This document shows positions 20,756 to 30,445 of a stretch of DNA of 47,350 nucleotides, piece by piece. The notes beneath the pieces are model-generated. The model searched no databases. It was not told the origin of the DNA and saw only the letters and a list, made by a program, of their open reading frames with translations. The position numbers and the translations under genes were made by a program. Position 1 is the stretch's first letter. Each line of letters opens with the position of its first letter. Where the stretch lies: NCBI GenBank assembly GCA_046759165.1, contig JBHIBS010000013.1, forward strand, positions 1-47,350. The letters are read 5' to 3'. The stretch comes from a bacterium. GTDB taxonomy: Bacteria; UBA6262; WVXT01.

Positions 20756-21985
20756 TCATTCCAGAACTTCTTTCAACCTTTCAGTTAGCGCTGGAACGAC
20801 CTGGAAGAGGTCACCTTCAATACCGTAGGTGGCGACTTTGAAGATGGGAGCATTAGGGTCTTTATTAATTGCCACAATAATTTCTGAAGACTGCATGCCA
20901 ACGAGATGCTGAATGGCTCCAGAAATTCCACAGGCAATATATATTTTGGGACAGACAGTACGACCAGTCTGTCCTACTTGATGCGAATAGGCTATCCAGC
21001 CAGCATCAACTGTTGCTCGACTGGCACCGACAGCACCCCCTAAAGTGCGGGCCAATTCTTCAACAATATGGAAGTTTTCAGGACCCCCTAATCCGCGTCC
21101 TCCCGACACAATGATATCGGCATCGGCGAGCTTCACGGTCTGCGTTATGTCTTCAACCATATTCAAAAGTTTGGTCCTCAAGGAGAGGGCCTTACCGTCC
21201 ACACTCTCTTTTATGACCTCCCCCTGGCGATTCTTCTGCCTTACTCCCTTTTTAAAGACCTTGTGCCTGACCGTAGCCATTTGGGGACGATTGTGTGGGG
21301 TGGTAATAGTGGCCATGATGTTTCCTCCAAAAGCAGGCCTTGTCTGAAGAAGTTGCCTTTTCTTGAGGTCTATGACCAGTTCAGTACAATCGGCAGTAAG
21401 TCCTGTGCCCAGCCTTGCTGCTACACGCGAGGCAAAAGAACGGCCAATTGCGGTAGCGCCCATCAAAACGATCTCGGGCTTTTCCTTCTGGATCAGATCG
21501 GTAAGCACATCGGTATAGGGGTCATCTTGGAAATTTCTTAGGATAGATCCTTCAATTTGATAGACTTTATCTGCCCCACAGGCTATAAGCTCTTTGGCTG
21601 CTTCATCCATTCCCTCTCCTAACGACACACAAGAAAGTTTCTCCCCCAACTGGTCAGCCAACTTCCTTCCCTCGCCAAGAAGTTCATAGACAACTCCTTG
21701 AATTTTACCCTTCTTCTGTTCGGCAAAGACCCATATGCCTTTATACTGGGAGATATCAGGTCGAGGTTTCGCTTCCTCCCGCTCAATCAATATGGCTTGG
21801 AAAGAACAGGGCTCAAGGCAAGCTCCACAAAGATTACAACCTTGTCCAATCACGGCAATTTTCTTATACTTGGGATGCGGCTTGCCGACTTCTTCCCTTG
21901 AGACTATTTTGATTAACCCGAAGGGACAGAATTCTACGCAGAGCGAACAACCTGTACATTTATCTTCAAGAATCTTGATCCCCAA
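20756..21985 (-). CDS. etfA: Electron transfer flavoprotein alpha subunit with N-terminal 2x[4Fe-4S] ferredoxin domain (CarE-like)
   Basis: CTGCSLCVEFCP and CNLCGACLEPC; TGLTADC, RPAFGGN, SGGRG, QVGQTG, GISGAIQH. Confidence 0.95.
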   Translation of the reverse strand: MGIKILEDKCTGCSLCVEFCPFGLIKIVSREEVGKPHPKYKKIAVIGQGCNLCGACLEPCSFQAILIEREEAKPRPDISQYKGIWVFAEQKKGKIQGVVYELLGEGRKLADQLGEKLSCVSLGEGMDEAAKELIACGADKVYQIEGSILRNFQDDPYTDVLTDLIQKEKPEIVLMGATAIGRSFASRVAARLGTGLTADCTELVIDLKKRQLLQTRPAFGGNIMATITTPHNRPQMATVRHKVFKKGVRQKNRQGEVIKESVDGKALSLRTKLLNMVEDITQTVKLADADIIVSGGRGLGGPENFHIVEELARTLGGAVGASRATVDAGWIAYSHQVGQTGRTVCPKIYIACGISGAIQHLVGMQSSEIIVAINKDPNAPIFKVATYGIEGDLFQVVPALTERLKEVLE

Positions 21986-22000
21986 AAGTTTCTCCCGAAA

Positions 22001-22786
22001 TCAGATTACCTTTGCCTCGCGGAGCTTCTCCACTAATTTTCGAGCCTGTTCTTCAGGATTTCCGAGTATCATCTCTCCACCCTTACGAGGAGGCGGAGTA
22101 AATATCTTGTTGACAATTGTGGGAGAACCGGATTGTCCAATCCTGCTCTTTTCACAGGCAATATCGGAAGCATTCCAGATATGAATCTTGGCCTTTCTCG
22201 CCCACAACATTCCTTTTAAAGAGGGAAGCCTCGGCTCGTTAATTTCCTTAACCACTGTAATTAGAGCGGGAAGCCCCATCTCAATTACTTCATATCCCTC
22301 TTCCATCATCCTCTCTACTCTTATGCGAGCTTCGTTTATTTCTTCTATCTTCTTCACATAAGTAACTGCAGGAATTTCCAGTTTTTCTGCAATCCCCGGA
22401 CCGACCTGTGCTGTGTCTCCATCAATAGCCTGTTTACCACATATGACCAGGTCAAATTCGCCTATCTTCCTGATCCCGCACGCCAGGGTATAGGAAGTGG
22501 CTAAGGTATCACTTCCTGCAAAGCCGGGGTCGGTAAGGAGGACAGCTTCATCGCATCCCATAGATAGAGCCTCTCGGAGAGCCGATTCAGCCTGTGGAGG
22601 CCCCATGGAGATTACAGTTACCTTTCTCCCCATTTTCTCTTTGAGCCTCAGGCCTTCCTCGATCGCATAAGTATCGAATGGGTTTACAATGGATTCGATC
22701 CCCTCACGAATCAAAGTGTTGGTCCTAGGGTCAATTTTTACCTCTGTTGTTCCTGGCACCTGTTTAATGCAGACGATGAAGTTCAT
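22001..22786 (-). CDS. etfB: Electron transfer flavoprotein beta subunit (bifurcating-type motifs)
   Basis: CIKQVP, NPFD..AIE, FAGSDTLATS, GKQAIDGDTAQVGP. Confidence 0.96.
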   Translation of the reverse strand: MNFIVCIKQVPGTTEVKIDPRTNTLIREGIESIVNPFDTYAIEEGLRLKEKMGRKVTVISMGPPQAESALREALSMGCDEAVLLTDPGFAGSDTLATSYTLACGIRKIGEFDLVICGKQAIDGDTAQVGPGIAEKLEIPAVTYVKKIEEINEARIRVERMMEEGYEVIEMGLPALITVVKEINEPRLPSLKGMLWARKAKIHIWNASDIACEKSRIGQSGSPTIVNKIFTPPPRKGGEMILGNPEEQARKLVEKLREAKVI

Positions 22787-23946
22787 TTTTTTGTTCTAGC
22801 TGCCTCCTTTATCAAGGCAAGTCCTATTTCATTTCTCATAATCTGGTTTGTCCCTTCATAGATCTGGGTGATTTTGGCATCACGCATTCGCTTTTCCATG
22901 GGATACTCACGCATATATCCATAGCCTCCGTAAACTTGAACAGCGTTAGTGGTAACCCTCATAGCCGTGTCCGAAGCAAAGAGTTTACACATCGCTGCCT
23001 CTTTGGTAACTCTCGCTTTTGGGTCTTTATCGATCATCCTGGCAGTAGCATAAACTAACGCTCGAGCTGCCTCTACTTCGGTTGCCATATCGGCTAAAAG
23101 GTGCTGGATTGCCTGAAAGGAAGAGATGGGCTGTCCGAACTGGATTCTCTCCCTGGAATAATTAATCGCATCCTCCAGAGCACCACAAGCAATCCCAAGA
23201 GCCTGAGCGGCCACCCCAGGGCGTGAAGCATCGAAAGTTTTCAAAGCAATTATAAATCCCTGTCCCTCTCTCCCTAAAAGATTCTCTTTGCCAGTTTTGC
23301 ACTTATTAAAAATCAGTTCTCTTGTCGGAGAACTGCGAATGCCCATCTTCTTCTCTTTCTTTCCAAAAGAGAAGCCAGGAGTATCTTTTTCAACAATGAA
23401 AGCAGATGCTCCCCGGGATCCCTTTGTTTTGTCCGTCATGGCAATTACTACATAAATTTGCGCTTCACCCCCATTGGTAATGAAGCATTTTGTACCATTT
23501 AGGATATAGCTTTCTCCCTCCTTCTTAGCGGTGGTCTGGAGAGCTGAGGCATCGGAACCAGCACCTGGCTCAGTGAGGGCAAAAGCTGCCACTTTCTTAC
23601 CCGCCGCAATATCCGGAAGATATTTCTTCTTCTGTTCATCACTACCGAAAAGGAGAATAGGAAAAGTAGCAAGGGCTGTGGCAGCTAAGATCAAAGCGAT
23701 TCCTCCATCAACTTTGCAGAGCTCTTCCACTGCAAGGCATAGTTCAAATACCCCTCCCCCAGTTCCGCCATACTCCTCAGGAATATAGACCCCACAAAGG
23801 TCTGCTTTAGCCAGCTCCTCCAAAATCGGCCAGGGAAATTCTTCAGTCTCATCATAGTGCTCCCGTACTGGCTTGATCTTCTCCTCAGCAATCCTTCTCG
23901 TTAATTCACGAAGCATCTTTTGTTCTTCAATAAGAAAGTATTCCAT
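22783..23946 (-). CDS. Acyl-CoA dehydrogenase (Bcd/CarC-like)
   Basis: FALTEPGAGSDA, LNGTKCFITNG, KMGIR, R.QFGQPI..FQAIQ, GGYGY, IYEGTNQI catalytic Glu; ATG 23946 with GGAGG. Confidence 0.95.
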   Translation of the reverse strand: MEYFLIEEQKMLRELTRRIAEEKIKPVREHYDETEEFPWPILEELAKADLCGVYIPEEYGGTGGGVFELCLAVEELCKVDGGIALILAATALATFPILLFGSDEQKKKYLPDIAAGKKVAAFALTEPGAGSDASALQTTAKKEGESYILNGTKCFITNGGEAQIYVVIAMTDKTKGSRGASAFIVEKDTPGFSFGKKEKKMGIRSSPTRELIFNKCKTGKENLLGREGQGFIIALKTFDASRPGVAAQALGIACGALEDAINYSRERIQFGQPISSFQAIQHLLADMATEVEAARALVYATARMIDKDPKARVTKEAAMCKLFASDTAMRVTTNAVQVYGGYGYMREYPMEKRMRDAKITQIYEGTNQIMRNEIGLALIKEAARTKK

Positions 23947-24005
23947 ATCGCCCTCCAAAAAACTTAGAGCTGAAAACTTGTGTTTTATTTTGCATTTTCC
24001 CTTTA

Positions 24006-24677
24006 TTATTTCTTAGTTCTAATCTTCTTGAGTGCCTGTTTAGCTGCTTCTTGTTCGGCTGTCTTTTTGCTCCAACCCATGCCACGACCAAAAATTCTCT
24101 TTTTCACTTTTACTTCCATTTCAAAAAATTTCCTGTGGGCCGGACCTGACTCTGTCTTCACCCTATATTCCGGTAAAATCTTATGTCTCTTTTGAATCAA
24201 CTCTTGTAGACGACTCTTATAATCCACCTTCCTTATTCCCTTAAGCATGAAAATCTGTCCCAGAATAAACTTCCTTACCTTATCCCAGTCCTGGTCCTGG
24301 TATATTGCACCAATTAAGGCCTCCAAAGCATTACTTAAGAGAGAAGCTCTCTGGCGACCGCCTGTTGCTTCCTCTTCTTCACTTATCAAAAGATAGTCGC
24401 CCAAGGACAATTTTTTGGCCCAAAGCAGAAGGGACTTTCGGTTTACCAAGCTCGATTTCAGCTTAGTCAACTTCCCCTCGTCGTACGCTGGATACCGATG
24501 ATAAAGGTACTCAGATATCACTAAATTCAGCACGCTGTCCCCCAGAAACTCGAGTCGTTCATTATCTTCTTTTAGACCATACATATAAGCATAAGATTTA
24601 TGTGTCAAAGCCCGCTGAAACAGTTCTTTGTTTTTAAAATTTATCCTTAACTTTCGCTCAAGATCCTTCAAGTTCAT
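24006..24677 (-). CDS. rnc: Ribonuclease III
   Basis: ALTHKS, NERLEFLGDSVL, EALIGAIY, dsRBD DYKSRLQE..SKKTAEQEAA; ATG 24677 preferred. Confidence 0.98.
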   Translation of the reverse strand: MNLKDLERKLRINFKNKELFQRALTHKSYAYMYGLKEDNERLEFLGDSVLNLVISEYLYHRYPAYDEGKLTKLKSSLVNRKSLLLWAKKLSLGDYLLISEEEEATGGRQRASLLSNALEALIGAIYQDQDWDKVRKFILGQIFMLKGIRKVDYKSRLQELIQKRHKILPEYRVKTESGPAHRKFFEMEVKVKKRIFGRGMGWSKKTAEQEAAKQALKKIRTKK

Positions 24678-24723
24678 CTTGCAATAACGCCCCAATCCTT
24701 CGGAAAAGGTCTAATTAGAAACC

Positions 24724-24878
24724 TGCACGACCTGAGGTCGCACCTAAGAGATTTCATTCGAGCAACTGAAAGGAGTATAGTCCCGACCAATCGGGACTTC
24801 GCTTCGTTCATAAATGACAGTCGATAATAAAAATATCTAAATTCAAAACATATGGATCCCCGATTTCATCGGGAATGC
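24724..24878. repeat. Mosaic of short palindromic repeats between fabF and rnc
   Basis: cgacc-tga-ggtcg (24728), agtcccga-ccaa-tcgggact (24779), cttcgcttcgttcataaatgaca, cccgat-ttc-atcggg (24859). Confidence 0.55.
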
Positions 24879-24921
24879 AGGTAATGGCGGCATAGGAATG
24901 CAGAAGACATTATGTCTCTCG

Positions 24922-26157
24922 TCAATACCTTCTTACTATCAAGGTGGCATTATGGCCACCAAAACCTAAAGAGTTGGAGAGAGCTACATTGATTTTTTTA
25001 GGGCGGGCCTTATTGGGGACATAGTCCAGGTCACATTCGGGATCAGGAAATTCATAGTTTATTGTTGGAGGAAGCATCTCTTTCTCCATGCCAAGAATTG
25101 TGGCGATTAATTCTACAATTCCTGCTGCTCCCAGGAGGTGCCCGATCATAGATTTATTCGATGAAATGGGAATCTTGTAGGCATAGTCCCCGAAAACTTT
25201 TTTTATGGCAATGGTTTCTACCTTATCGTTTAAGGGAGTGGAAGTGCCGTGAGCATTTATGTAATCGACTTCTTCGGGCTTTACACCAGCATCGGCTAAA
25301 GCATTAGACATAGCCCGCGCGGCACTCTGCCCGTCAGGAGAGGGAGCAGTAATATGGTAAGCATCGTCTGTAGCGCCGTAACCAATCAGTTCGGCGCAAA
25401 TGGAAGCTCCACGAGAAAGGGCGTGATCTAATGATTCTAAAACGACAATTCCGGCTCCTTCTCCCATCACAAAACCATCTCTCTCCTTATCGAAAGGTCG
25501 ACTAGCATGTTCGGGATCGTCGTTTCGAGTAGACAAGGCTTTGGCTGAGCAGAAGCCAGCAAGACCCAAGGGAGTAACTGCCGCTTCTGAACCGCCTGCA
25601 ATAATTACATCTGCATCCCCATAACAGATAAGGCGTAAAGCATCTCCTACCGTATGGTTACTGGTAGCACAGGCACTCGATAACGAATAGTTCGGCCCCT
25701 GGATACTGTAAGCAATGGCAATTTCTCCAGCAGCAATATTGGTAATTAGCATGGGAATCATGAAAGGACTTACCCGACGAGGCCCCTTCTCTAATAATGT
25801 CCTATGTTCCGCAGCAACAGTGGCTATCCCTCCTATGCCAGAGCCCACGATAACTCCTACTCGAAAAGGATCTTCTCTCTCCATATCAAGCTTTGCGTCC
25901 TCTATGGCTATCTTCGCAGCAGCAAACGCAAATTGAGTAAAACGGTCCATCCTTCTAAGCTTTTTCTTACCAATATATTTTTCTGGCTCGAAATTCTTTA
26001 CTTCAGCACAAATCTGGGATGAGAATTGAGAGACATCAAAGGATGAGACTCTATTTACGCCCGATTTTCCACTAACCAGGGAGTTCCAGAAATCATCTTT
26101 TCCGATTCCGATTGGCGAAATAACTCCGTATCCCGTAATCACTACTCTCCGGTTCAT
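24922..26157 (-). CDS. fabF: 3-oxoacyl-ACP synthase II
   Basis: [54 protein letters not shown]. Confidence 0.98.
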   Translation of the reverse strand: MNRRVVITGYGVISPIGIGKDDFWNSLVSGKSGVNRVSSFDVSQFSSQICAEVKNFEPEKYIGKKKLRRMDRFTQFAFAAAKIAIEDAKLDMEREDPFRVGVIVGSGIGGIATVAAEHRTLLEKGPRRVSPFMIPMLITNIAAGEIAIAYSIQGPNYSLSSACATSNHTVGDALRLICYGDADVIIAGGSEAAVTPLGLAGFCSAKALSTRNDDPEHASRPFDKERDGFVMGEGAGIVVLESLDHALSRGASICAELIGYGATDDAYHITAPSPDGQSAARAMSNALADAGVKPEEVDYINAHGTSTPLNDKVETIAIKKVFGDYAYKIPISSNKSMIGHLLGAAGIVELIATILGMEKEMLPPTINYEFPDPECDLDYVPNKARPKKINVALSNSLGFGGHNATLIVRRY

Positions 26158-26185
26158 TCCCCCTCCAAAAATTCAACCAGAAGAA

Positions 26186-26236
26186 AATAAAATACAAAAC
26201 CGCTACCATGCCAAAAATTCCTGCTGTGTAGCGGTT
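26186..26236 (-). terminator. Stem-loop with T-rich tail after acpP (partial terminator or mRNA stabiliser)
   Basis: AACCGCTAC...GTAGCGGTT 9-bp inverted repeat followed by TTGTATTTT on minus. Confidence 0.5.
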
Positions 26237-26256
26237 CTCTTCCAGTTAGTTTAGGA

Positions 26257-26490
26257 TTAAGATTTATGTTTATTAATATAGTCGATTGCTTTACCAACTG
26301 TATCTAATTTCTCTGCTTCTTCGTCTGGGATCTCAATATTAAATTCTTCTTCCAGTGCCATTACAAGTTCTACAGTGTCCAAAGAATCGGCTCCTAGGTC
26401 GTTAACGAATGAAGCCTCCATAGTCACTTCTTCCGGATCTACCCCGAGCTGTTCAACAATGATTTCTTTTACCTTTTCGGCTACTGACAT
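26257..26490 (-). CDS. acpP: Acyl carrier protein
   Basis: [20 protein letters not shown]. Confidence 0.99.
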   Translation of the reverse strand: MSVAEKVKEIIVEQLGVDPEEVTMEASFVNDLGADSLDTVELVMALEEEFNIEIPDEEAEKLDTVGKAIDYINKHKS

Positions 26491-26553
26491 TTTATTTTTT
26501 CACCTCCACAGAAAATTGTGTAACCAAGTATAAAGTTACATGTTTTGAGACTT

Positions 26554-27294
26554 CTACATCCCCATGCCGCCATCTACTCTAATTACTTCTCCAGTAATAT
26601 AACTGGATTTTTCAGATACTAAAAATAGAACCGCGCTAGCCACATCTTCGGGATTCCCTATCTTACCCAAAGGAATTTGAGAAGATAATTTCTCCTTTAC
26701 TTCCACAGATAATCGTTCGGTCATGCTCGTTTGGATAAAGCCTGGAGCCACAGCATTAACATTTATTTGGCGGCTGGCGAGTTCTTTGGCACACGTCTTG
26801 GTTAAAGCAATCAGCCCTCCCTTAGAGGCTGAGTAGTTAGCTTGACCAGCGTTCCCACTTATCCCCACAATTGAAGCAATATTAACAATCTTTCCAGTCC
26901 TCTGCTTCATCATGACGGGTGAAACCATCTTAATACAATTAAATGCGCCCTTGAGGTTAATATCCAAAACCAGATCCCAATCCTCCTCCTTCATGCGCAT
27001 TACAAGTGCATCTCGGGTTACTCCAGCGTTGTTGATTAATATATCAATTCTGCCAAATTTGTCAAGAGTTTTTTTCACCATTTCTTCAACCGAAGAGAAA
27101 CTGGAGACATCCACCCCAATGGAGATAGCTTCACTCCCTTTTTGGGAAACTTCTTCCGCAGTAGATTTGGCTGTTTCTTCCGCCACATCTGCTATAACTA
27201 CATTTGCCCTAGATAAAGCCAGCTGAGTAGCAATGGACTTTCCAATCCCCCGTGCTCCACCAGTTACAATCGCTACCCTACCTTTTAAATCCAA
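26554..27294 (-). CDS. fabG: 3-oxoacyl-ACP reductase
   Basis: TGGARGIG, NNAGVTRD, GNAGQANYSASK, VAPGFI; TTG start. Confidence 0.97.
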   Translation of the reverse strand: MDLKGRVAIVTGGARGIGKSIATQLALSRANVVIADVAEETAKSTAEEVSQKGSEAISIGVDVSSFSSVEEMVKKTLDKFGRIDILINNAGVTRDALVMRMKEEDWDLVLDINLKGAFNCIKMVSPVMMKQRTGKIVNIASIVGISGNAGQANYSASKGGLIALTKTCAKELASRQINVNAVAPGFIQTSMTERLSVEVKEKLSSQIPLGKIGNPEDVASAVLFLVSEKSSYITGEVIRVDGGMGM

Positions 27295-27331
27295 AATCGA
27301 TCACCCCCTATATCCTCCATATGCCAATTAA

Positions 27332-27502
27332 AAGATAGTTTGTGAAAAGCTTCAGGAATTTTAGCGAAAAAACAAGGACGACTCTTTCGCTTAAAAGCAA
27401 ATCGTTCTTTGACGAGCGAAGCGAGGAGTTCTGATTTGCGCCTTACAGAGTCCGAAGTTTTTTGGCGTTAAAAAATTCCTTTTGCGCTGAACAAGCTATC
27501 TT
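27332..27502. mobile_element. MITE-like nested inverted-repeat element, copy B (171 bp) flanked by TTAA
   Basis: TTAA-AAGATAGTTTGT...ACAAGCTATCTT-TTAA; the right TTAA contains the fabD stop codon; internal layout shared with 5449-5624. Confidence 0.65.
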
Positions 27503-28465
27503 TTAATTGAATGTTTCCAATTTCTTAAGGGTTTCCTGAAGGCTTCCTTCGTCTTCCACATTTAGTCCAGAAGGCCCTTTCGTTATCCTACCTAAAAGTC
27601 CGGTTAAGACCCTCCCTGGGCCCACCTCGACAAAAATCTCTACACCTCTCGTGAGCATCTCCTTTACGCTTTCTTCCCATAGTACAGGATTATCTATTTG
27701 TGAAATCAATGCTTTTCTGATTTCTTCCCGTGAAGTTGCCAGTTTCGCATTATAATTTGTTACCACGGGAATAATTGGGGCTCTCAACTCAAAATTCTCC
27801 AATTCTCTGGCTAGACTCTTGCGGGCTTGGGCCATCAAACTGGAATGGAAAGCTCCGCTAACTTTTAGAATAACAGCTCTCTTTGCCCCTTTTAATTTAG
27901 CTCTCTCTACAGCTCTCTGACAAGCTCTCAATTCTCCCGCAATAACTATCTGAACAGGAGAATTGAAATTCACAGCTTCCAGTACCTCCTCTCTTCTAAC
28001 CTCCCCGATAACTTCTTCTATTTTCCCTCTTTTCAGTCCTATAATCGCTGCCATGGCTCCGGGCTTCTCTCGGGAAGCCTTGTGGATAAACTCAGCCCTT
28101 TTTTGAACCAGTGATAAGGCTTGGGGAAAATCAAAGACCCCTGCAGCAACTAAAGCAGTATATTCTCCGAGGCTATGGCCTGCCACAATTTGCGGTCTTA
28201 AGATTTCCCTAGAAGAGTAACTTTCAGGTCCCTTGAGAACTTCTAAACAAGCGAGACTTATAGTAAAGACGGCGGGTTGAGTAACTAAGGTTTGTTGTAA
28301 CTCCTGTTCAGGGCCATAAAAAATTTTTCTTCTAAGGTCGTAACCTAAAATATCATTAGCCCCATCAATAATCTCCCTCGCCGGGGCGTACCTTTCGTAG
28401 AGTCCTTTCCCCATGCCCACGTATTGTGAGCCCTGACCAGGAAAGAGAAAAGCAACTTTTACCAT
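27503..28465 (-). CDS. fabD: Malonyl-CoA:ACP transacylase
   Basis: FPGQGSQ, TQPA, GHSLGEY, VSGAFHS, EVGPG. Confidence 0.98.
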   Translation of the reverse strand: MVKVAFLFPGQGSQYVGMGKGLYERYAPAREIIDGANDILGYDLRRKIFYGPEQELQQTLVTQPAVFTISLACLEVLKGPESYSSREILRPQIVAGHSLGEYTALVAAGVFDFPQALSLVQKRAEFIHKASREKPGAMAAIIGLKRGKIEEVIGEVRREEVLEAVNFNSPVQIVIAGELRACQRAVERAKLKGAKRAVILKVSGAFHSSLMAQARKSLARELENFELRAPIIPVVTNYNAKLATSREEIRKALISQIDNPVLWEESVKEMLTRGVEIFVEVGPGRVLTGLLGRITKGPSGLNVEDEGSLQETLKKLETFN

Positions 28466-29436
28466 TTAATCACACAGGAACCCCAGGTGAACCCAGCACC
28501 AAAGGCAACCAGTTCTATAATATCTCCTTCTTTAATTCTGCCCTGGTGATGCGCCTGATCCAGAGCAATAGCAACGGTGGCCGCTGAAGTATTTGCACAT
28601 TTATCAATATTTACGAAGATCCTCTCCATAGGCAGAGATAATCTCTTTGCCAATGTTTTTATTATCCTGATATTTGCCTGATGTGGTATCAACAGCGCTA
28701 CGTCTTCTATCTTGAGTCCACAATTTTCCAATCCTCGTTTGACAGAGTTTACCATTTCCGGTATGGCAATTCTGAAAGTCTCGTTTCCCCTCATTTTCAG
28801 GTAATGCAATCTCTTCTTAACTGTTCTGATAGTTGCCGGGAGCCTCGATCCCCCAGCTGGCATGTTCAACAAATCCCCATACTGACCATTTCCATCTAAA
28901 TAACAAGAGAGAATTCCTGACTCACCTTTCTGTTTTCTCAAAACTGCTGCTCCCGCACCATCCCCCAAAAGCACGCAAGTATTCCTATCCTCCCAGTCAG
29001 TAATTTTAGAAAGAGCCTCGGTGGCAATGACAAGCGCTGTTTTATATGTCCCAGTCTGTAAAAATTGCTGAGCAGTGGAAAGAGAGTAAATAAAGCCAGT
29101 GCAGGCAGCATTTAAATCAAAAATAGCGGCATTTTTTATCCCTAACTTAGACTGTATTATACAGGCTGTTGAAGGGAAGAACATATCGGGAGTAACCGTT
29201 GCCACAATAACTAAGTCGATATCTTCAACTTTCACATTAGCATCTTTCAGTGCTCCCTCTGCAGCTTTAATCCCCAGATCAGAGGCAGCCTCTTTATCGG
29301 AAGATATCCTTCTCTGCCTGATTCCGGTACGACTTACAATCCACTCATCGGATGTATGGACCATTTTCTCAAGATCCTTATTGGTTAAGACTTTCTCTGG
29401 CAGATATGACCCAGTTCCAACTATGTGGACCCTCAC
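28459..29436 (-). CDS. fabH: 3-oxoacyl-ACP synthase III
   Basis: TSDEWIVSRTGI, AACTGF, GDGAGA, PHQAN, NTSAA, FGAG; GTG 29436 preferred (GGAG 10 nt upstream). Confidence 0.97.
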   Translation of the reverse strand: MRVHIVGTGSYLPEKVLTNKDLEKMVHTSDEWIVSRTGIRQRRISSDKEAASDLGIKAAEGALKDANVKVEDIDLVIVATVTPDMFFPSTACIIQSKLGIKNAAIFDLNAACTGFIYSLSTAQQFLQTGTYKTALVIATEALSKITDWEDRNTCVLLGDGAGAAVLRKQKGESGILSCYLDGNGQYGDLLNMPAGGSRLPATIRTVKKRLHYLKMRGNETFRIAIPEMVNSVKRGLENCGLKIEDVALLIPHQANIRIIKTLAKRLSLPMERIFVNIDKCANTSAATVAIALDQAHHQGRIKEGDIIELVAFGAGFTWGSCVIKW

Positions 29437-29449
29437 TGTTTTCAAACTC

Positions 29450-30430
29450 CTATAGACTTTCTTTGATTTGTTGATTGATCCTCTTTTCCACAAATTCTCC
29501 TGCTACCCGGATAGCATTTGAAATTGCCTTGGCGTTGGAACTGCCGTGGCAAATAATGGAACAGCCATCGACACCCAAAAGAGGAGCTCCTCCATATTCA
29601 GCATAATCGACTTTCTTCTTGATATCTCTGAAAGCGCCTCTCAACAATATAAGCGCCATTTTTCGGAAAGGATATTTTAGAATTTTATCTCTAAATAGAT
29701 TCATAAATTCTTCAGCTATACCCTCACCAAATTTCAGAAGAATATTGCCCACAAATCCATCACAGACGATAACATCAGCCTTTCCTTTCAGAATATCTCT
29801 CCCTTCTATGTTGCCCACAAAATTCAATCCGCTCTGGCGCAGCAGACGATGAACTTCCACAGTCACCTCATCACCCTTGGCTTCTTCCACCCCGATACTC
29901 AATAGTCCGATGCGGGGAGCCTCTTTCTTCATGATTGTCTTCATATAGATGTTGCCCATTACAGCGAACTGGAGCAAATCTTTTGCCGTAGAGTTAACGT
30001 TTGCGCCAACATCAAGAAGAACGACTGCACCTTTTAGAGTAGGTATTAATACAGCAATACCAGGCCGATCGACTCTTGACAATCTCCCCAGAACCATCAA
30101 TGCTGAGGCCATGACTGCACCCGAGTTTCCTGCAGAAACCATGGCGTCAGCCATACCTTCCTTGATTAATCGGGTAGCAACCATGATTGACGAATCTTTC
30201 TTCTGGCGACAAGCTATCGCAGGCGACTCATCCATACCGATAACCTCTGAACAGTGGCGAATTGAGAGGGGTAGAGATGAACTTCGATAGTTTTTCATCT
30301 CCTCTCTTAACCGGGCTCCATCGCCCACCAAAATTATTTCGTAAAGGTTTCTTTGGGCAGCTTGAACTGCTCCTTCTACAACCACTTTTGGAGCGTGGTC
30401 TCCACCCATGGCATCCACAGCAATTCGCAT
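29450..30430 (-). CDS. plsX: Phosphate acyltransferase PlsX
   Basis: IAVDAMGGDHAP, SAGNSGA, LDVGAN, CDGFVGN, YGGAPLLGV, HGSS. Confidence 0.98.
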   Translation of the reverse strand: MRIAVDAMGGDHAPKVVVEGAVQAAQRNLYEIILVGDGARLREEMKNYRSSSLPLSIRHCSEVIGMDESPAIACRQKKDSSIMVATRLIKEGMADAMVSAGNSGAVMASALMVLGRLSRVDRPGIAVLIPTLKGAVVLLDVGANVNSTAKDLLQFAVMGNIYMKTIMKKEAPRIGLLSIGVEEAKGDEVTVEVHRLLRQSGLNFVGNIEGRDILKGKADVIVCDGFVGNILLKFGEGIAEEFMNLFRDKILKYPFRKMALILLRGAFRDIKKKVDYAEYGGAPLLGVDGCSIICHGSSNAKAISNAIRVAGEFVEKRINQQIKESL

Positions 30431-30445
30431 AAATAAGACCTCTTA

